Assembly: GCA_040389905.1 (NCBI GenBank)
Contig: JAZJZK010000005.1
Location: forward strand, 64,001 to 128,000
DNA length: 64,000 bases
Direction: 5' to 3'
From: Gemmatimonadota bacterium
GTDB taxonomy: Bacteria > Gemmatimonadota > Gemmatimonadetes > Gemmatimonadales > Gemmatimonadaceae
Shown: positions 1 through 10,888 of the stretch, piece after piece
Layout of the letters: each line of letters starts with the position of its first letter
How positions within the stretch are numbered: the stretch's first letter is position 1
Notes under the pieces: generated by a model
What the model was told of the DNA's origin: nothing
Databases searched by the model: none
Seen by the model: only the letters and a program-made list of their open reading frames with translations
Program-made: the position numbers and the translations under genes

Positions 1-1563
1 CCCTTCCACGATGGCGTAGACCGTCGACAAGCCAAGCCCCGTGCCCTTGCCCGGCCCCTTGGTCGTGAAGAACGGCTCGAAAATGCGCGCGCGCGTTGCG
101 GCATCCATACCCATGCCGGTGTCCGTCACGGACAGGCCCACGTAGGTACCAGCCGCCAACCGTGGGTGGCTGTTGTCATGACCGAAGCTGACCGTGCCGG
201 TGGTGATCGTGATGGTTCCGCCATTGGGCATGGCATCGCCAGCGTTGACCACGAGGTTGAGGAGAACCTGCTCCAGGTCCGATGGGTCCGCGCGAACACT
301 CCCAAGCCGCTCGCTCGGTCGCCAGTCGATGCCCACGTCTTCGCCGATCACGCGCTTCAGCATGCGCTTGAGATCGGTCAGCAAGGCGTTGAGATCCAGT
401 GACCGCGGTTGCCGGATTTGCCGGCGGCTGAAGGCAAGCAGTTGTGTCGTCAACGCACCGGCGCGTGTCGCGGCTTTCTTGATCTCACGCACGTCTTCGC
501 GACGCGGATCGCTGCGGTCGATGTCCGCCAACAGAAAATCAGCGTAGCCATTGATCGCCGTGAGCAGGTTGTTGAAGTCGTGTGCGATCCCGCCGGCGAG
601 CCGGCCTACTGCCTCCATCTTCTGGGATTGGCGGAGCTGTTCCTCACTGCGCTGGAGTGCGTCCTGCGCCCGCTGGCGCTCGACGATTTCGTCCTCGAGC
701 CGCTTGTTCGCGACGGAGAGCGCGTGCGCGCGCCGTTCCGCCGTCTGGTAGAGGCGCAATGCCCCGCTCAGCCCGACGACCACGAGCGCACCCAGAACCA
801 ACACGATCTCCGGCAACCGGGAGTCGTGCAGTGCGAGCTCCGCCTCGGTGGGCCAAACGCGGAGCCGCCACGTCGACATCTCGCCGATGGGCGCGTCCTG
901 ACCCCGTTCGACTTCGAGCGCACGTGGGCCGGATACGTGCGAGTAGACCTCTCGATCTCCAACGTAGACGGCCACCGAATAGCCGCTGGCCTCCGGCGTA
1001 TCCAACGCTTGTTGGAGTAACGATGCCAATCCGCTTTCGACGACCACCGCCGCTGCCCCGCGAGCCGTCGGTGCCGCGGAAATCACGATGGGCACACCGC
1101 TGGCCGATGCAATCGGTGGACTGGTGGTCACCTGGCCAGTCGTCCGAGCCGTGCTGGCGATTTCTACGCGCTGCGCGGCGAACGGCTCGGTCCCCGCTCT
1201 GGCAAAGGACTCATCGGGAATGGCCACCACGACGCGACCAGTCGAATCGATGCCGGCGACCGAGCGGAATGTGCCCCTCTCGATCGTTCGCAGGGCTTCA
1301 GCGGCCCATGCATCTCGAGACGTGGTGCCGCCCGGCCACATGGTCGCCAACCGAACCAATTCCCGGTTGCGCTCACTGATTCTGCCGACCGCAACGTCGG
1401 CCAACGTTCGAGCCTTGAGCCGCACGCTGCGCGCGAGCTCCGTTGCTTCATTCCGCTGCAACGTGATGGTGAACGCGACGCTCAGCATGAGCACGATGAG
1501 CCCTGCCGCGTAGGGCAGTGCCCGATGGGTACGCGCGCGCAACGTGAGCGGGGTACCTGGCAC
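1..1563 (-). CDS. Membrane sensor histidine kinase (3' end runs off the window)
   Basis: Read by hand: GTG at 1563 directly after the upstream kinase stop. Two TM segments, H-box [20 protein letters not shown]-box [15 protein letters not shown] and [18 protein letters not shown]. Confidence 0.9.
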   Translation of the reverse strand, partial: MPGTPLTLRARTHRALPYAAGLIVLMLSVAFTITLQRNEATELARSVRLKARTLADVAVGRISERNRELVRLATMWPGGTTSRDAWAAEALRTIERGTFRSVAGIDSTGRVVVAIPDESFARAGTEPFAAQRVEIASTARTTGQVTTSPPIASASGVPIVISAAPTARGAAAVVVESGLASLLQQALDTPEASGYSVAVYVGDREVYSHVSGPRALEVERGQDAPIGEMSTWRLRVWPTEAELALHDSRLPEIVLVLGALVVVGLSGALRLYQTAERRAHALSVANKRLEDEIVERQRAQDALQRSEEQLRQSQKMEAVGRLAGGIAHDFNNLLTAINGYADFLLADIDRSDPRREDVREIKKAATRAGALTTQLLAFSRRQIRQPRSLDLNALLTDLKRMLKRVIGEDVGIDWRPSERLGSVRADPSDLEQVLLNLVVNAGDAMPNGGTITITTGTVSFGHDNSHPRLAAGTYVGLSVTDTGMGMDAATRARIFEPFFTTKGPGKGTGLGLSTVYAIVEG

Positions 1564-4500
1564 TCAGCGTCCCGCGGATGCCTTGCCTAGGCGAGCATAC
1601 GCATCGCGTGCCTCGGCGGCATCGCGGGCGAGCGGTGGCTCGGGGTCACTCCGAAGCGACAGATATTGCCGCAACGCCTCCGATGCGCCCGCCATGTCAC
1701 CCGTCTTTTCCGCAAGACGCGCTTCGTCACGCAGATAGGTAGACAAGAACGACAGGCGCCCGTAGAACACCTCGCGCCGGCGAACGGCGAACAGCGCGGC
1801 ACGCGAGTCGCCCAATCGCTCGTACAATCGAGCTGCGACGAGGTTGCCCATGCTCTGGATGGGGCCGAGGGGGACACCACGCAGAAACTCGTCGAGCGAA
1901 TCGGTCAGGGCGCGCGCATCCGACCGCTTCTGCATCACCGCGAGTTGCGCGTGGAGTACGTGCGCGCAGCCAATCCGAAACTGCGCATTGGAGAGTGTGT
2001 CGCGTACGTCGACGCCCGCGCGCATGATGCCGGCGACGCGCCGTGCCCCAGTCGTATCTCCCTGCGACAGCGACCAGATCTCGGCGAGACACAGGTCGCC
2101 GAAGTACACGGGGTCCTTTCCACGCTTGTTCGTGCCGGGAACGGGGCCACCGAGCGCAGCCCGCTGCCTCAGGCTGGCGACGGCGGTCGCGGTGCCGGTC
2201 GTGTCGCCATCCCAGAACAATGCATCTCGCACGCGCTCGAAATCATCGTAGGTCGGCGCGGGAAACATTGCGTGCACGGAGTCGAGCAACACGCGTCCAC
2301 GCACAGGGCGCCCGCGATTCATCGCGATGTCGTGCCGGCCCATCAAATCTCTCGCCGATGGTGCCGCGTGCGGGCCGCGGCCGAGTTGCATGTCGAAAAA
2401 CGACTGTGCCGACTGTATCTCTCGGCCGATGATGAACGGTGCCTCGCTGATGGTGGCAGCCGCCATCGGGGTCAGCGAATCGCCGCGCGCGGCGATTCGG
2501 TGCGCTTCAGCCGAATCGCCACGCGCCACGGCCATCATCCAACGGATCCCGTCGCGATTCTCGCTCGAGCTGTCAGCGGCCAGGTAGAGTGTGCCGAGCG
2601 TCCGGACACGCGCGGTGTCCTTCCGCTGAAGCTCGATGATCACGAGATGTTCGATTGCCGGCGAGAAGCTGGAATCGAGCGCAATCGCGCGATTGAACGC
2701 TTCGGCGGCCCGCGCCAGCGCGTCGGGGATTCCTGCTGCCGCGCCGAAATGGAAGAGTCCATCGCCCAACTCGAACTGCGCATCAGCGCGGTCCGGTACA
2801 AGGGCGGCATACCGTTCCTTCGCCTTGATCAACTCTGCCCAGACAGGCACGCCTGGAAAATTCCGACCCGCCGTTGCGAGGAGCAGAGCCTGATCGCGGG
2901 GGCTCAAGCGGTCGCGATGGCGCCATGCGACGGTGAGACCTGCCAGCCGATCCGACGGGTCTCCGACCCAGCCCGCGGCCGCCGCCAATCCCAGTCCCGC
3001 GAGCGCAAAAGTCGAATCGAGCTCGATCGCGCGACGGAAATCCTTTGCCGACGCGTTGAAGCGCGCACGCCGGTACCGCGCGGTGCCGTCGAGGTACGCG
3101 CGCAGCGCGGGAAGTGGAACGCCCCCGAACGCGCCAATGCGCTCACCTTCTCCAGCCCTATACGCGAGCAACTCGCTCGCGAGCCGATCGATCATCGACG
3201 ACAGGCTGTCGGACGGCCCACTCACCGAACGCGGCGGTGCCGCCCGGCCATCACGCACCTGGATCAACGACGCGGTCAAGGTCAGTTTCTGAGGGCCACC
3301 CGAGACGTCGCCAATGAGAAGCTGTCCGGCGCCGAGCCGCTCGGCGAGTTCGAGCGCTTGTTCGCGCGAGAGATCGGCGGTGTCGGAACCCGCGCTTCGT
3401 CTGAACGCGCTCAACAGGGTGCGCGGATCGGTCGACCGAGGCCCGCCTTCACCCGTGAGCTTCGCGGCAAGCAGGTCCAGCATCCCCTCACGCAAATAAC
3501 GCACGGCAGGATCATTGCTCGCGAGGCGGAAGGGAAGCACCGCAACCTGATTGTCGTCCAGCCGGAGCGCGCCCGGCCGGAAGGCGTACGCCGTGGCGAC
3601 GATGAGCGCCACTGCGGCGAGGGAAAGCGCCAGACGGCTGCGCGGGCGGCGTACCCACCGCGCCCGCATGACGGGCGTGCCGCCGCCAGGCGTGGAGACG
3701 CGCTCGAGTGCCTCCCGTGCCTCTCTCGCCGTCTGCGGACGGTCGCTGGGGCGCTTCTCGAGGCAGCGCATCACGAGCTCAGCGAGCGATGGCGGAACGT
3801 CGGGGTTCTTCGCGGAGAGCGGTTGCGGGAGTTCCGCGATGTGTGCGGCGAGCATCTCGTGCGACGGCCGCTGTCCGAACGGCGGCGCGCCAGCGAGCAG
3901 TTCGTAGGCAACCAGACCCCACGCATAGATGTCCGCGCGGTGATCGGTGTCCGGATCGCCCGCCGCCTGTTCCGGTGCCATGTACGCCGGTGTACCAACC
4001 GCCATGCCCACACCGGTACCAGAGGAGTCTACATGGCGAAAAGCCGCATTTGCCGCGCTCAAGGCCTTCGCGACACCGAAGTCCGTGACGACGGCGTGTG
4101 CGCCGCTCAGCAGGATGTTGTCCGGCTTGATGTCGCGGTGGACCAGCCCGCGTTCGTGCGCGTAGGCCAATGCGTCGATGACGTCATGGAGCAGGTGCAC
4201 TGCGTCGCCCAGGGGTAGCATTGCGCCCTTGGCCTGTCGCGCGCGCAGCGACTCGCCCTCGATGTACGGCATGGTGTAATACGGCGCCCCCGCGGCTTCG
4301 CCCGCGGCGAGCACGGGAACGATGTGCGGATGCTGAAGCCCGGCAACGAGTTGGATCTCTCGGCGGAAGCGCTCGTTGTTGAGCCCGGCTGCCAGTTCGT
4401 GCGGGAGCACTTTCACCACCACGAGCCGGTCCAGCGCCCGCTCGCGCGCGACGAACACTCGGCTCATTCCACCGCCACCGAGCTCACGTTCGATAGCGTA

Positions 4501-4569
4501 CGCGTCGCCGAGCGCCTCCTGAAGGCGTTCGCGTAGTTCGTTCCCGGGATCCGACGGTGAGGCGGTCAT
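1564..4569 (-). CDS. Hanks-type Ser/Thr protein kinase with TM helix and TolB-N-like/TPR C-terminal region
   Basis: GGGGMSRV, HRDIKPDN, DFG and GTPAYMAPE motifs; hydrophobic helix followed by VAVLPF and helical TPR-like repeats. Confidence 0.92.
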   Translation of the reverse strand: MTASPSDPGNELRERLQEALGDAYAIERELGGGGMSRVFVARERALDRLVVVKVLPHELAAGLNNERFRREIQLVAGLQHPHIVPVLAAGEAAGAPYYTMPYIEGESLRARQAKGAMLPLGDAVHLLHDVIDALAYAHERGLVHRDIKPDNILLSGAHAVVTDFGVAKALSAANAAFRHVDSSGTGVGMAVGTPAYMAPEQAAGDPDTDHRADIYAWGLVAYELLAGAPPFGQRPSHEMLAAHIAELPQPLSAKNPDVPPSLAELVMRCLEKRPSDRPQTAREAREALERVSTPGGGTPVMRARWVRRPRSRLALSLAAVALIVATAYAFRPGALRLDDNQVAVLPFRLASNDPAVRYLREGMLDLLAAKLTGEGGPRSTDPRTLLSAFRRSAGSDTADLSREQALELAERLGAGQLLIGDVSGGPQKLTLTASLIQVRDGRAAPPRSVSGPSDSLSSMIDRLASELLAYRAGEGERIGAFGGVPLPALRAYLDGTARYRRARFNASAKDFRRAIELDSTFALAGLGLAAAAGWVGDPSDRLAGLTVAWRHRDRLSPRDQALLLATAGRNFPGVPVWAELIKAKERYAALVPDRADAQFELGDGLFHFGAAAGIPDALARAAEAFNRAIALDSSFSPAIEHLVIIELQRKDTARVRTLGTLYLAADSSSENRDGIRWMMAVARGDSAEAHRIAARGDSLTPMAAATISEAPFIIGREIQSAQSFFDMQLGRGPHAAPSARDLMGRHDIAMNRGRPVRGRVLLDSVHAMFPAPTYDDFERVRDALFWDGDTTGTATAVASLRQRAALGGPVPGTNKRGKDPVYFGDLCLAEIWSLSQGDTTGARRVAGIMRAGVDVRDTLSNAQFRIGCAHVLHAQLAVMQKRSDARALTDSLDEFLRGVPLGPIQSMGNLVAARLYERLGDSRAALFAVRRREVFYGRLSFLSTYLRDEARLAEKTGDMAGASEALRQYLSLRSDPEPPLARDAAEARDAYARLGKASAGR

Positions 4570-4728
4570 GGCAACTCCGGAGTATCGGCAGACGCGCCCG
4601 CTCAGTGAACGGCAATGTTGTGCGAGTTGTTTGATGACGCCGGACGCTCAATGGTTGCGTCCCACCGTGTCAGGGTGTTGTTACGCTCGTTTGTCGCCCG
4701 GAGCGGAGCGACCTTCACCCTACGCGTG

Positions 4729-4856
4729 CGCCGGCACAATGAACGCGGATGGAGCCGATTGAAGCGGATAACATCTGATTTTCAAGCAAAAAAAACCACG
4801 CTTTATCCGATTTGATCCGCTTCAAATTCGCTCAATCCGCGTTCAATGTGCCGGCG
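4729..4856. repeat. Inverted repeat element, 9-mer (GCGGATTGA-like) family, copy 1
   Basis: CGCCGGCACAATGAACGCGGAT...ATCCGCGTTCAATGTGCCGGCG; related copies at 41428-41531 and 54038-54101. Confidence 0.85.
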
Positions 4857-4922
4857 AAACGATGCAACACCACGTGCAGCCGCCTTGCGAGATCTTTCCT
4901 GCACCCTTCGCGCCTGGCGAGG

Positions 4923-5960
4923 CTATCTGATATCCCTGACCAATTGCTCCGCCACGCGACGGTACGCCGCCGCGTTCGGATGGCCGTCTCCCTTGATCTG
5001 GTATTTTGCGATGTCGTCCTCGGCCGACCACAGCCTCGTGTAGTCCAGCACGTGAACGCCAAGTCGCCGAAGTTTCGGAGCGAGCTCCTGCCGGGCAATG
5101 CCAGCATTCGGCCAGAGAACGAAGTAGCAGCCGCCTGATTCATATCTTGCCGCGAAGAGATCACAGGAGCGCTTGACGATGCCAGCCATGAGCGCCCAGT
5201 CGTCGGGAGAGGCTTTTGTCCACGGGTGCGATAGCAAACGAGAAAGTACGAGTGAATGCGAAGCTTTCCAGTAGAGAAACTGTCGAAGCGGGCGGACGCT
5301 TGCGAAGCTTCCTCGCCGGACCGGAACACCGTTCGCGTCGAGCTCGTAAAGCGGCATGTTTCCGCCCCATGTCGCGACGATATTGAACGTTCCGCGCACG
5401 CGGTCGATGTGTTGGTCGATGGTCGTGAATACCGCGACGCCCCTCCGCTCCTTCAGTGCAACGAGATTCGGCGGTGCCTCCATGAGGGCGAGCATCGACT
5501 GCGGTCCCCAACCCTTGAATCCACGGCTGTACACCGTGGCGCGGCCCTGAGTTGCCGCCGCGAACGCGGCGGGCAGTGTTGCACTATCGGACACGCCTTC
5601 GCCGAAGGTAAACGAACAGCCGAAGAACGCGACGAATGCACTATCGGAGTGGGACGGAGGCTGCGGTACAAAGCGCCAGCCGCCCGGCAGGAGGGTGTAT
5701 GTCGCATCGAAAATCGTATCGCGCCCTTGAGCCTTGAATGCTCGGAATCGTCCACCCTGCCTCACACCGCGATACCCAAGGGTGACATCGTAGTTGCTTA
5801 GCCTGCCAGCACCTCCTTCGCGTGTTTCGCGTGCCGGTGGAATCGCAGGCTCGAAAACGCGGTGAACGCGGAGCACGCCCTCCGCGAGTCCGAACAGCAC
5901 TGCAAAAACGAGAAGGTTCACGGCAACGACGCGACCGGTTCGGCCAATGCGGCCCTGCAT
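4923..5960 (-). CDS. Membrane-anchored SGNH/GDSL-like hydrolase
   Basis: N-terminal TM helix; FFGCSFTFG (GDS-like block) and C-terminal DGHPN. Confidence 0.7.
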   Translation of the reverse strand: MQGRIGRTGRVVAVNLLVFAVLFGLAEGVLRVHRVFEPAIPPARETREGGAGRLSNYDVTLGYRGVRQGGRFRAFKAQGRDTIFDATYTLLPGGWRFVPQPPSHSDSAFVAFFGCSFTFGEGVSDSATLPAAFAAATQGRATVYSRGFKGWGPQSMLALMEAPPNLVALKERRGVAVFTTIDQHIDRVRGTFNIVATWGGNMPLYELDANGVPVRRGSFASVRPLRQFLYWKASHSLVLSRLLSHPWTKASPDDWALMAGIVKRSCDLFAARYESGGCYFVLWPNAGIARQELAPKLRRLGVHVLDYTRLWSAEDDIAKYQIKGDGHPNAAAYRRVAEQLVRDIR

Positions 5961-5977
5961 CAGTCGCGCATCATGGA

Positions 5978-7366
5978 CTACGCGCCTTTTACTTCGCTCA
6001 CGAGTTTGGTGAGTGACGTCTTCGCGTCGCCGAACAGCATGCTGGTCGCTGGAGCGTGGAAGAGCGCATTCTCGATCCCTGCGAAGCCGGCCGCCATGCC
6101 GCGCTTCAGTACGATCACGTGCTTCGCCTTATCCGCATCGAGAATCGGCATGCCGTAAATCGGTGACGCAGGATCGGTTCGCGCGGCGGGATTCACGACG
6201 TCGTTTGCACCGATGACCAGCGCGACGTCGGTCTGCGGAAACTCGCTGTTGATCTCGTCCATGTCGTACAAACGGTCGTACGGCACGTTCGCTTCGGCGA
6301 GCAGGACGTTCATGTGACCGGGCATTCGGCCGGCCACCGGGTGAATGGCGTACTTCACCTCACCGCCACGCTTCTCGATCAACTCCGCGAGTTCGCGCAC
6401 GGTGTGCTGTGCCTGCGCGACGGCCATGCCGTAGCCCGGGATGATGATCACGCGCTGCGCATACGCGAGCTGAATCGCCGCGTCCTCCGCGGAGATGGCG
6501 CGCACCGGCAGCGCCGAGCCCCCCACGACGGCGGCCGCCGGCTCACCGCCGCCGAATGCGCCGAACAGCACATTGGCGAACGAACGGTTCATCGCCTTCG
6601 ACATCAGGATCGACAGCAGGAATCCCGATGCGCCATCGAGCGCACCGCAGATGATCAGGATGCTATTGCCGAGCGCAAAGCCGGTGGCTGCGGCGGCAAG
6701 TCCGCAATAGGAGTTCAGCAGTGCGACGACCACCGGCATATCGGCGCCGCCAATGGGAATCACCATCAGCACGCCGAGGACGGCGGCGATCGCGATCATG
6801 CCATAGAACGCGGCCGTCTGCGTGGGATCGACCACCACCGTGACGAACAGCCCCATGGCGCCGAGGAACAAGAGCGCGTTGAGCGCGTTCTGCCCCTTGA
6901 ATGTGATCGGCTGGCCGGGAATCAGCTCCTGGAGCTTTCCAAAGGCCATCAGCGCGCCGGTGACCGTCAGCGACCCAAGCAGCACTTCGAAGCCAAGCGC
7001 CGCCATCTTCGAGAGCGCAATGCCTTCCGGGCTGTGCATCGACGTGTAGTACTCGGCGATGCCGACCAGTGTCGCTGCGAGCGCACCAAAACTGAGCGAC
7101 ATCGCAATTCGCTGTGGCAACGCGGTCGTCGGCACCCACATGCCGAGCGGATAGCCGATCAACGTGCCGAGTACGAGTCCGCCGGCAATCCACCGGTAGT
7201 CGATGATATTGCGGCCGATGAGTGTGCCGACGACGGCGATCAGCATGCCGACCGCGGCGTACTGCATCCCGCGTCGCGCGCGGTCCGGATGCGTGAGCCC
7301 GCGCAGGCCGAGAATGAAGAGGACGGACGCCCCGAGATAGCTGAGTTGTGTGATGTACTCGCGCAT
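5978..7366 (-). CDS. pntB: NAD(P) transhydrogenase subunit beta
   Basis: IGGADMPVV, PGYGMAVAQAQ, HPVAGRMPGHMNVLLAEA and GANDVVNP motifs. Confidence 0.97.
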   Translation of the reverse strand: MREYITQLSYLGASVLFILGLRGLTHPDRARRGMQYAAVGMLIAVVGTLIGRNIIDYRWIAGGLVLGTLIGYPLGMWVPTTALPQRIAMSLSFGALAATLVGIAEYYTSMHSPEGIALSKMAALGFEVLLGSLTVTGALMAFGKLQELIPGQPITFKGQNALNALLFLGAMGLFVTVVVDPTQTAAFYGMIAIAAVLGVLMVIPIGGADMPVVVALLNSYCGLAAAATGFALGNSILIICGALDGASGFLLSILMSKAMNRSFANVLFGAFGGGEPAAAVVGGSALPVRAISAEDAAIQLAYAQRVIIIPGYGMAVAQAQHTVRELAELIEKRGGEVKYAIHPVAGRMPGHMNVLLAEANVPYDRLYDMDEINSEFPQTDVALVIGANDVVNPAARTDPASPIYGMPILDADKAKHVIVLKRGMAAGFAGIENALFHAPATSMLFGDAKTSLTKLVSEVKGA

Positions 7367-7666
7367 TTATGCTTGCGACTCCGTCTTCTTCGGCACGTCG
7401 CGCTTGAACATCTTCAGCATGCGGTCAGTGATGAGGAAACCGCCGACGACATTCGTCGTTGCGCAGACAACGGCGACGAAGCCGAGGATGGTTGCGACTG
7501 TGCCATGCTGCGAACCTGCGGCCGCCATCGAGCCGACAAGCGAAATGCCGGAAATCGCGTTGGTCGCCGACATGAGCGGCGTGTGCAGCAGCGGAGGGAC
7601 TTTGGTGATCACCATGTACCCGACAAACCCGGCGAGCACGAAGATGTAGAGCTCGAGAATCAGCAT
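7367..7666 (-). CDS. pntAB: NAD(P) transhydrogenase subunit alpha part 2
   Basis: VPPLLHTPLMSATNAISG and NVVGGFLITDRMLKMF. Confidence 0.95.
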   Translation of the reverse strand: MLILELYIFVLAGFVGYMVITKVPPLLHTPLMSATNAISGISLVGSMAAAGSQHGTVATILGFVAVVCATTNVVGGFLITDRMLKMFKRDVPKKTESQA

Positions 7667-7676
7667 TGTGTCACGA

Positions 7677-8792
7677 TCATGAGTTGGAGCGCGCCACGAC
7701 CTGGCCGTCGCGCACGACGGTCATGGGTCGCGTGATCTCTTCATCGGCATCGATCACGAGCGCGCCGTCCTTCGACAACAGGGTAACGAGCGCCACGACA
7801 TTCTTGCTGAACATCTGGCTCGCGTGGAATGGAACAGTAGCGGCAATGTTCAGCGGGCCGATGACGGTTACGTGCCCGGATTGAATGGTCTCTCCCGCGC
7901 GCGTGACCTCGCAATTACCGCCGGATTCGGCGGCGAGATCGACGATCACCGCGCCCTGCCGCATCGACGCGACCATCTCGGCCGAGATCAGCTTTGGCGC
8001 ATCGCGTCCCGGAATTTGCGCGGTGGTGACCACCATATCGACGTCCGGCAGATGCTTCGCGAGTGCATTCCGCGTGCGCTCCGCATCGTCCGCACTCTGC
8101 GCCTTGGCATAGCCACCCGACGTTTCCGACGCGGCGGCGACGAGCTCCGTGGCCACAAACGTCGCGCCGAGGGATAGCACTTGCTCGCGCGCGGCCGGCC
8201 GCACATCGAACGCGGACACGACGCCGCCAAGGCGCCTCGCTGTGGCGATGGCCTGGAGCCCAGCCACACCGGCGCCGATGACGAACACCTTCGCCGGCGA
8301 CACCGTGCCGGCAGCCGTCGTGAGCATCGGCAGGAATTTCGGCAGCAACGATGCGCCGATCAGCACCGCCTTGTAGCCGGCAACGGTGCTCTGCGACGAC
8401 AGGACATCCATCGACTGCGCACGCGTAATCCGCGGCACCAACTCGAGCGCGAGTGCGAGAATACGGCGATCGGCGAGGAGCTGGAGCAGGGGTCCGTTTC
8501 GGGCCGGCGACAACAGGGACAGAAGCGCCACGCCCTCCGGCATCTCCGCGACCTCCGCCGGACTCGGTGGCTGCACTCGGCAGACCAGCACCGCATCGGC
8601 GTAGATGCTCGCGGCGTCCGCAATCGAAGCGCCTGCGTCGGTGTAAGTGGAATCGGGAAAGCCGGCGCGAACTCCCGCGCCGGCTTGAAGTCGAACTTCG
8701 TGACCGCCTTTCACAAGGCGGCTGACGCTGTCTGGCGTCAGCGCGACCCGGAGCTCGCCGGGTGCCGTTTCGAGAGGAACCGCAATTCGCAT
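7677..8792 (-). CDS. pntAA: NAD(P) transhydrogenase subunit alpha part 1
   Basis: PRITRAQSMDVLSS, GAGVAGLQAIATA and DLAAESGGNC. Confidence 0.96.
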   Translation of the reverse strand: MRIAVPLETAPGELRVALTPDSVSRLVKGGHEVRLQAGAGVRAGFPDSTYTDAGASIADAASIYADAVLVCRVQPPSPAEVAEMPEGVALLSLLSPARNGPLLQLLADRRILALALELVPRITRAQSMDVLSSQSTVAGYKAVLIGASLLPKFLPMLTTAAGTVSPAKVFVIGAGVAGLQAIATARRLGGVVSAFDVRPAAREQVLSLGATFVATELVAAASETSGGYAKAQSADDAERTRNALAKHLPDVDMVVTTAQIPGRDAPKLISAEMVASMRQGAVIVDLAAESGGNCEVTRAGETIQSGHVTVIGPLNIAATVPFHASQMFSKNVVALVTLLSKDGALVIDADEEITRPMTVVRDGQVVARSNS

Positions 8793-8878
8793 TTAGTAAA
8801 AATCGGCTGCGGCGTGAGGGTTCGCTAGAGGGACAGTCCCGACGAGGTGTCATCCATTCGCGAAGAGATGACGCGTCC

Positions 8879-9074
8879 CTGACGTACGAGGTACCTGGAA
8901 CCTCGTACCCGGACTGGCATCCAACCCCAAAAGAGCCATCGACACGGTTAATGGCATCGACTCAACGCCAAACGCCGTCCTGAAGTCGAGGGCGGCGTTT
9001 TGCGTGAAACACTCTCTGATGGCTCCTTTCGGCCATTATGCCAGTCAGGGTACCAGCTTCCGGGTACCTCGTAC
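8879..9074. mobile_element. MITE-like element with ~60-bp terminal inverted repeats, copy 1
   Basis: Left arm CTGACGTACGAGGTACCTGGAACCTCGTACCCGGACTGGCAT...GAGCCATC is mirrored at 9018-9074; second copy at 26691-26888. Confidence 0.75.
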
Positions 9075-9162
9075 CTTTGTGTCTCCGCGTTTGGATCCAG
9101 ACTTGGTGTCGCCGCAACGTAGATTGCAAGTGCCCGCGTGTATCACTCCTCGAGTGGATCCC

Positions 9163-10857
9163 ATGCTGCCTTGGCTCTCTCGGCGCAGCTTGCTGCTTGC
9201 CCTGTGCGTTGCGACCGCCGCTCCCGCCGGCGCACAGCTTCCGCGTTCGTTCACCGGTCCACGAACGGCGCCCGAAATCACCGCGACCGACCTGATGACG
9301 CGGCTGTACATCTTCGCCGACGACTCGATGATGGGCCGGCAGGTCGGCACGATCTACAACGCCAAGGGGACAGCCTACATCGAGCGCGAAGTGCGGGCGT
9401 TGGGACTCATTCCTGCGGGCGACAGCGGCACGTACTTCCAGAACCTGCCCTTCTTCAGCTTTCATACGGATTCCCTCAGCTCGCTCGTCGTCGGCGGCCA
9501 GCGCCTGGTGCTTGGCACGGACTACCTGCCGGTGGTGAAGGACGAGCGCCGCATTTCACTCGATGGTGTATCGGCGATCTATGGTGGTTCGAGTACCGAC
9601 TCCTCGACCTGGCTCACCGCCGACGAGGCCGCCGGCCGACTCGTGCTCGTAGGAGTTCCGCAGACGACGAGCTCATTTCCTCCGCTGAACCGCGTGCTGC
9701 GCACACGACTCGCGCGCAGCGCGGCCATTCTCATCGCGTCGCTCGACAACATCTCTCCGCGAACCCGGGACGGATTGGGCACGACGGCATCGTTGGTCCG
9801 CGACGACACCATCGCGCCTCCTCCACCCTTCGTCTTCATCACGCGGCGCGTGGCGTCGCTGATGTTCGGCACGCTCGAGAGGCTAACACCGCGGGCGGAG
9901 GGGAAAGCGCTGAGCGGAGTCCTGATCCTCCACCGGTCACAGCTGCCGTCGCGAAACGTGGTCGCAGTGCTGCCGGGGTCCGACCCCGTGCTCCGTGGAC
10001 AATACATCGCGATCGGCGCACACAACGATCACATCGGCTTCAACGAGCACCCGGTTGACCACGATTCGCTCAGGGCCACCAATCGCGTTCTGCGCCCACA
10101 GGGTGACGACAGTCCGCTCGCCGAGAAACCATCCGCACAACAATCCGCCGCCATTCGAAAGACCATCGACAGCTTGCACCGAGCGCATCCCGCCCGGCTC
10201 GACTCCATCTACAACGGCGCGGATGACGACGGCAGCGGCTCGATGAGCGTACTCGAAATCGCGGAAGCATTTGCCACGGCCGGTACCTATCCGAAACGCT
10301 CGCTCCTGTTCGTCTGGCATTCCGGAGAAGAGGAAGGAATGTGGGGCTCGGAATTCTTTACCGATCATCCGTCGGTGCCGCGCGACTCCATCGTGGCGCA
10401 GATCAATGTCGACATGATTGGTCGAGGCGATGCGTCCGACATCACGGGCGAAAGCAAGACGGGTGCGCTCCTGCGGGGTCGATCCGGCTATCTCCAGCTC
10501 ATCGGCGCACGACGGCAATCGAGCGAGCTCGGCAGCATGTTGGAAGCCGTGAATGCGAGGGGAAAGCCTCCACTCACCTTCGACTACGAGATGGATGCCA
10601 ATGGCCACCCGCAGAACATTTACTGTCGCAGCGACCACTACGAGTATGCACGGTATGGCATACCCATCGTCTTTCTGACCACCGGTGGTCACGCGGACTA
10701 CCACCAGGTCACGGACGAGCCGCAATACATCAACTATGGACACATGACGCAGGTCGCACAGTTCATCCACGCGTCCGTAGCCGAGCTCGCAAACCTCGAT
10801 CACCGGCTGGTGCTCGACAAGCCGAAGCCCGATCCCAAGGGTCGCTGCAGCCAGTAG
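9163..10857 (+). CDS. Secreted M28 family metallopeptidase with PA-like insert
   Basis: Signal peptide from ATG 9163; AHNDH, YNGADDDGSG, GEEEG, NVDMIGR, RSDHY and DYHQVTD. The longer ORF start at 9004 lies inside the repeat. Confidence 0.92.
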   Translation: MLPWLSRRSLLLALCVATAAPAGAQLPRSFTGPRTAPEITATDLMTRLYIFADDSMMGRQVGTIYNAKGTAYIEREVRALGLIPAGDSGTYFQNLPFFSFHTDSLSSLVVGGQRLVLGTDYLPVVKDERRISLDGVSAIYGGSSTDSSTWLTADEAAGRLVLVGVPQTTSSFPPLNRVLRTRLARSAAILIASLDNISPRTRDGLGTTASLVRDDTIAPPPPFVFITRRVASLMFGTLERLTPRAEGKALSGVLILHRSQLPSRNVVAVLPGSDPVLRGQYIAIGAHNDHIGFNEHPVDHDSLRATNRVLRPQGDDSPLAEKPSAQQSAAIRKTIDSLHRAHPARLDSIYNGADDDGSGSMSVLEIAEAFATAGTYPKRSLLFVWHSGEEEGMWGSEFFTDHPSVPRDSIVAQINVDMIGRGDASDITGESKTGALLRGRSGYLQLIGARRQSSELGSMLEAVNARGKPPLTFDYEMDANGHPQNIYCRSDHYEYARYGIPIVFLTTGGHADYHQVTDEPQYINYGHMTQVAQFIHASVAELANLDHRLVLDKPKPDPKGRCSQ

Positions 10858-10888
10858 CCGATGGCCGTCACTGAGGCATATTCCATCC

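Noticed and set aside
1666..4218. 850-aa plus-strand ORF, and similar long antisense ORFs (6314-7735, 45539-47068, 50172-51890 alternative frame, 60380-61567)
   Set aside because: Shadow ORFs expected from high-GC codon bias over clearly identified genes; no motifs.
5978..8792. Split pntA as a novelty
   Set aside because: Three-subunit transhydrogenases are well known (e.g. Rhodospirillum rubrum, Thermus thermophilus).
8829..8880. Hairpin upstream of pntAA as a riboswitch
   Set aside because: A stem is possible (AGGGAC/GTCCCT, GTCATC/GATGAC), but it matches no aptamer I recognise and abuts a repeat element.
8762..8983. Short ORF sharing LTYEVPGT.YPDWH..KEPS with the end of ORF 26808-27455
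   Set aside because: The shared peptide is just the translated arm of the MITE-like repeat.
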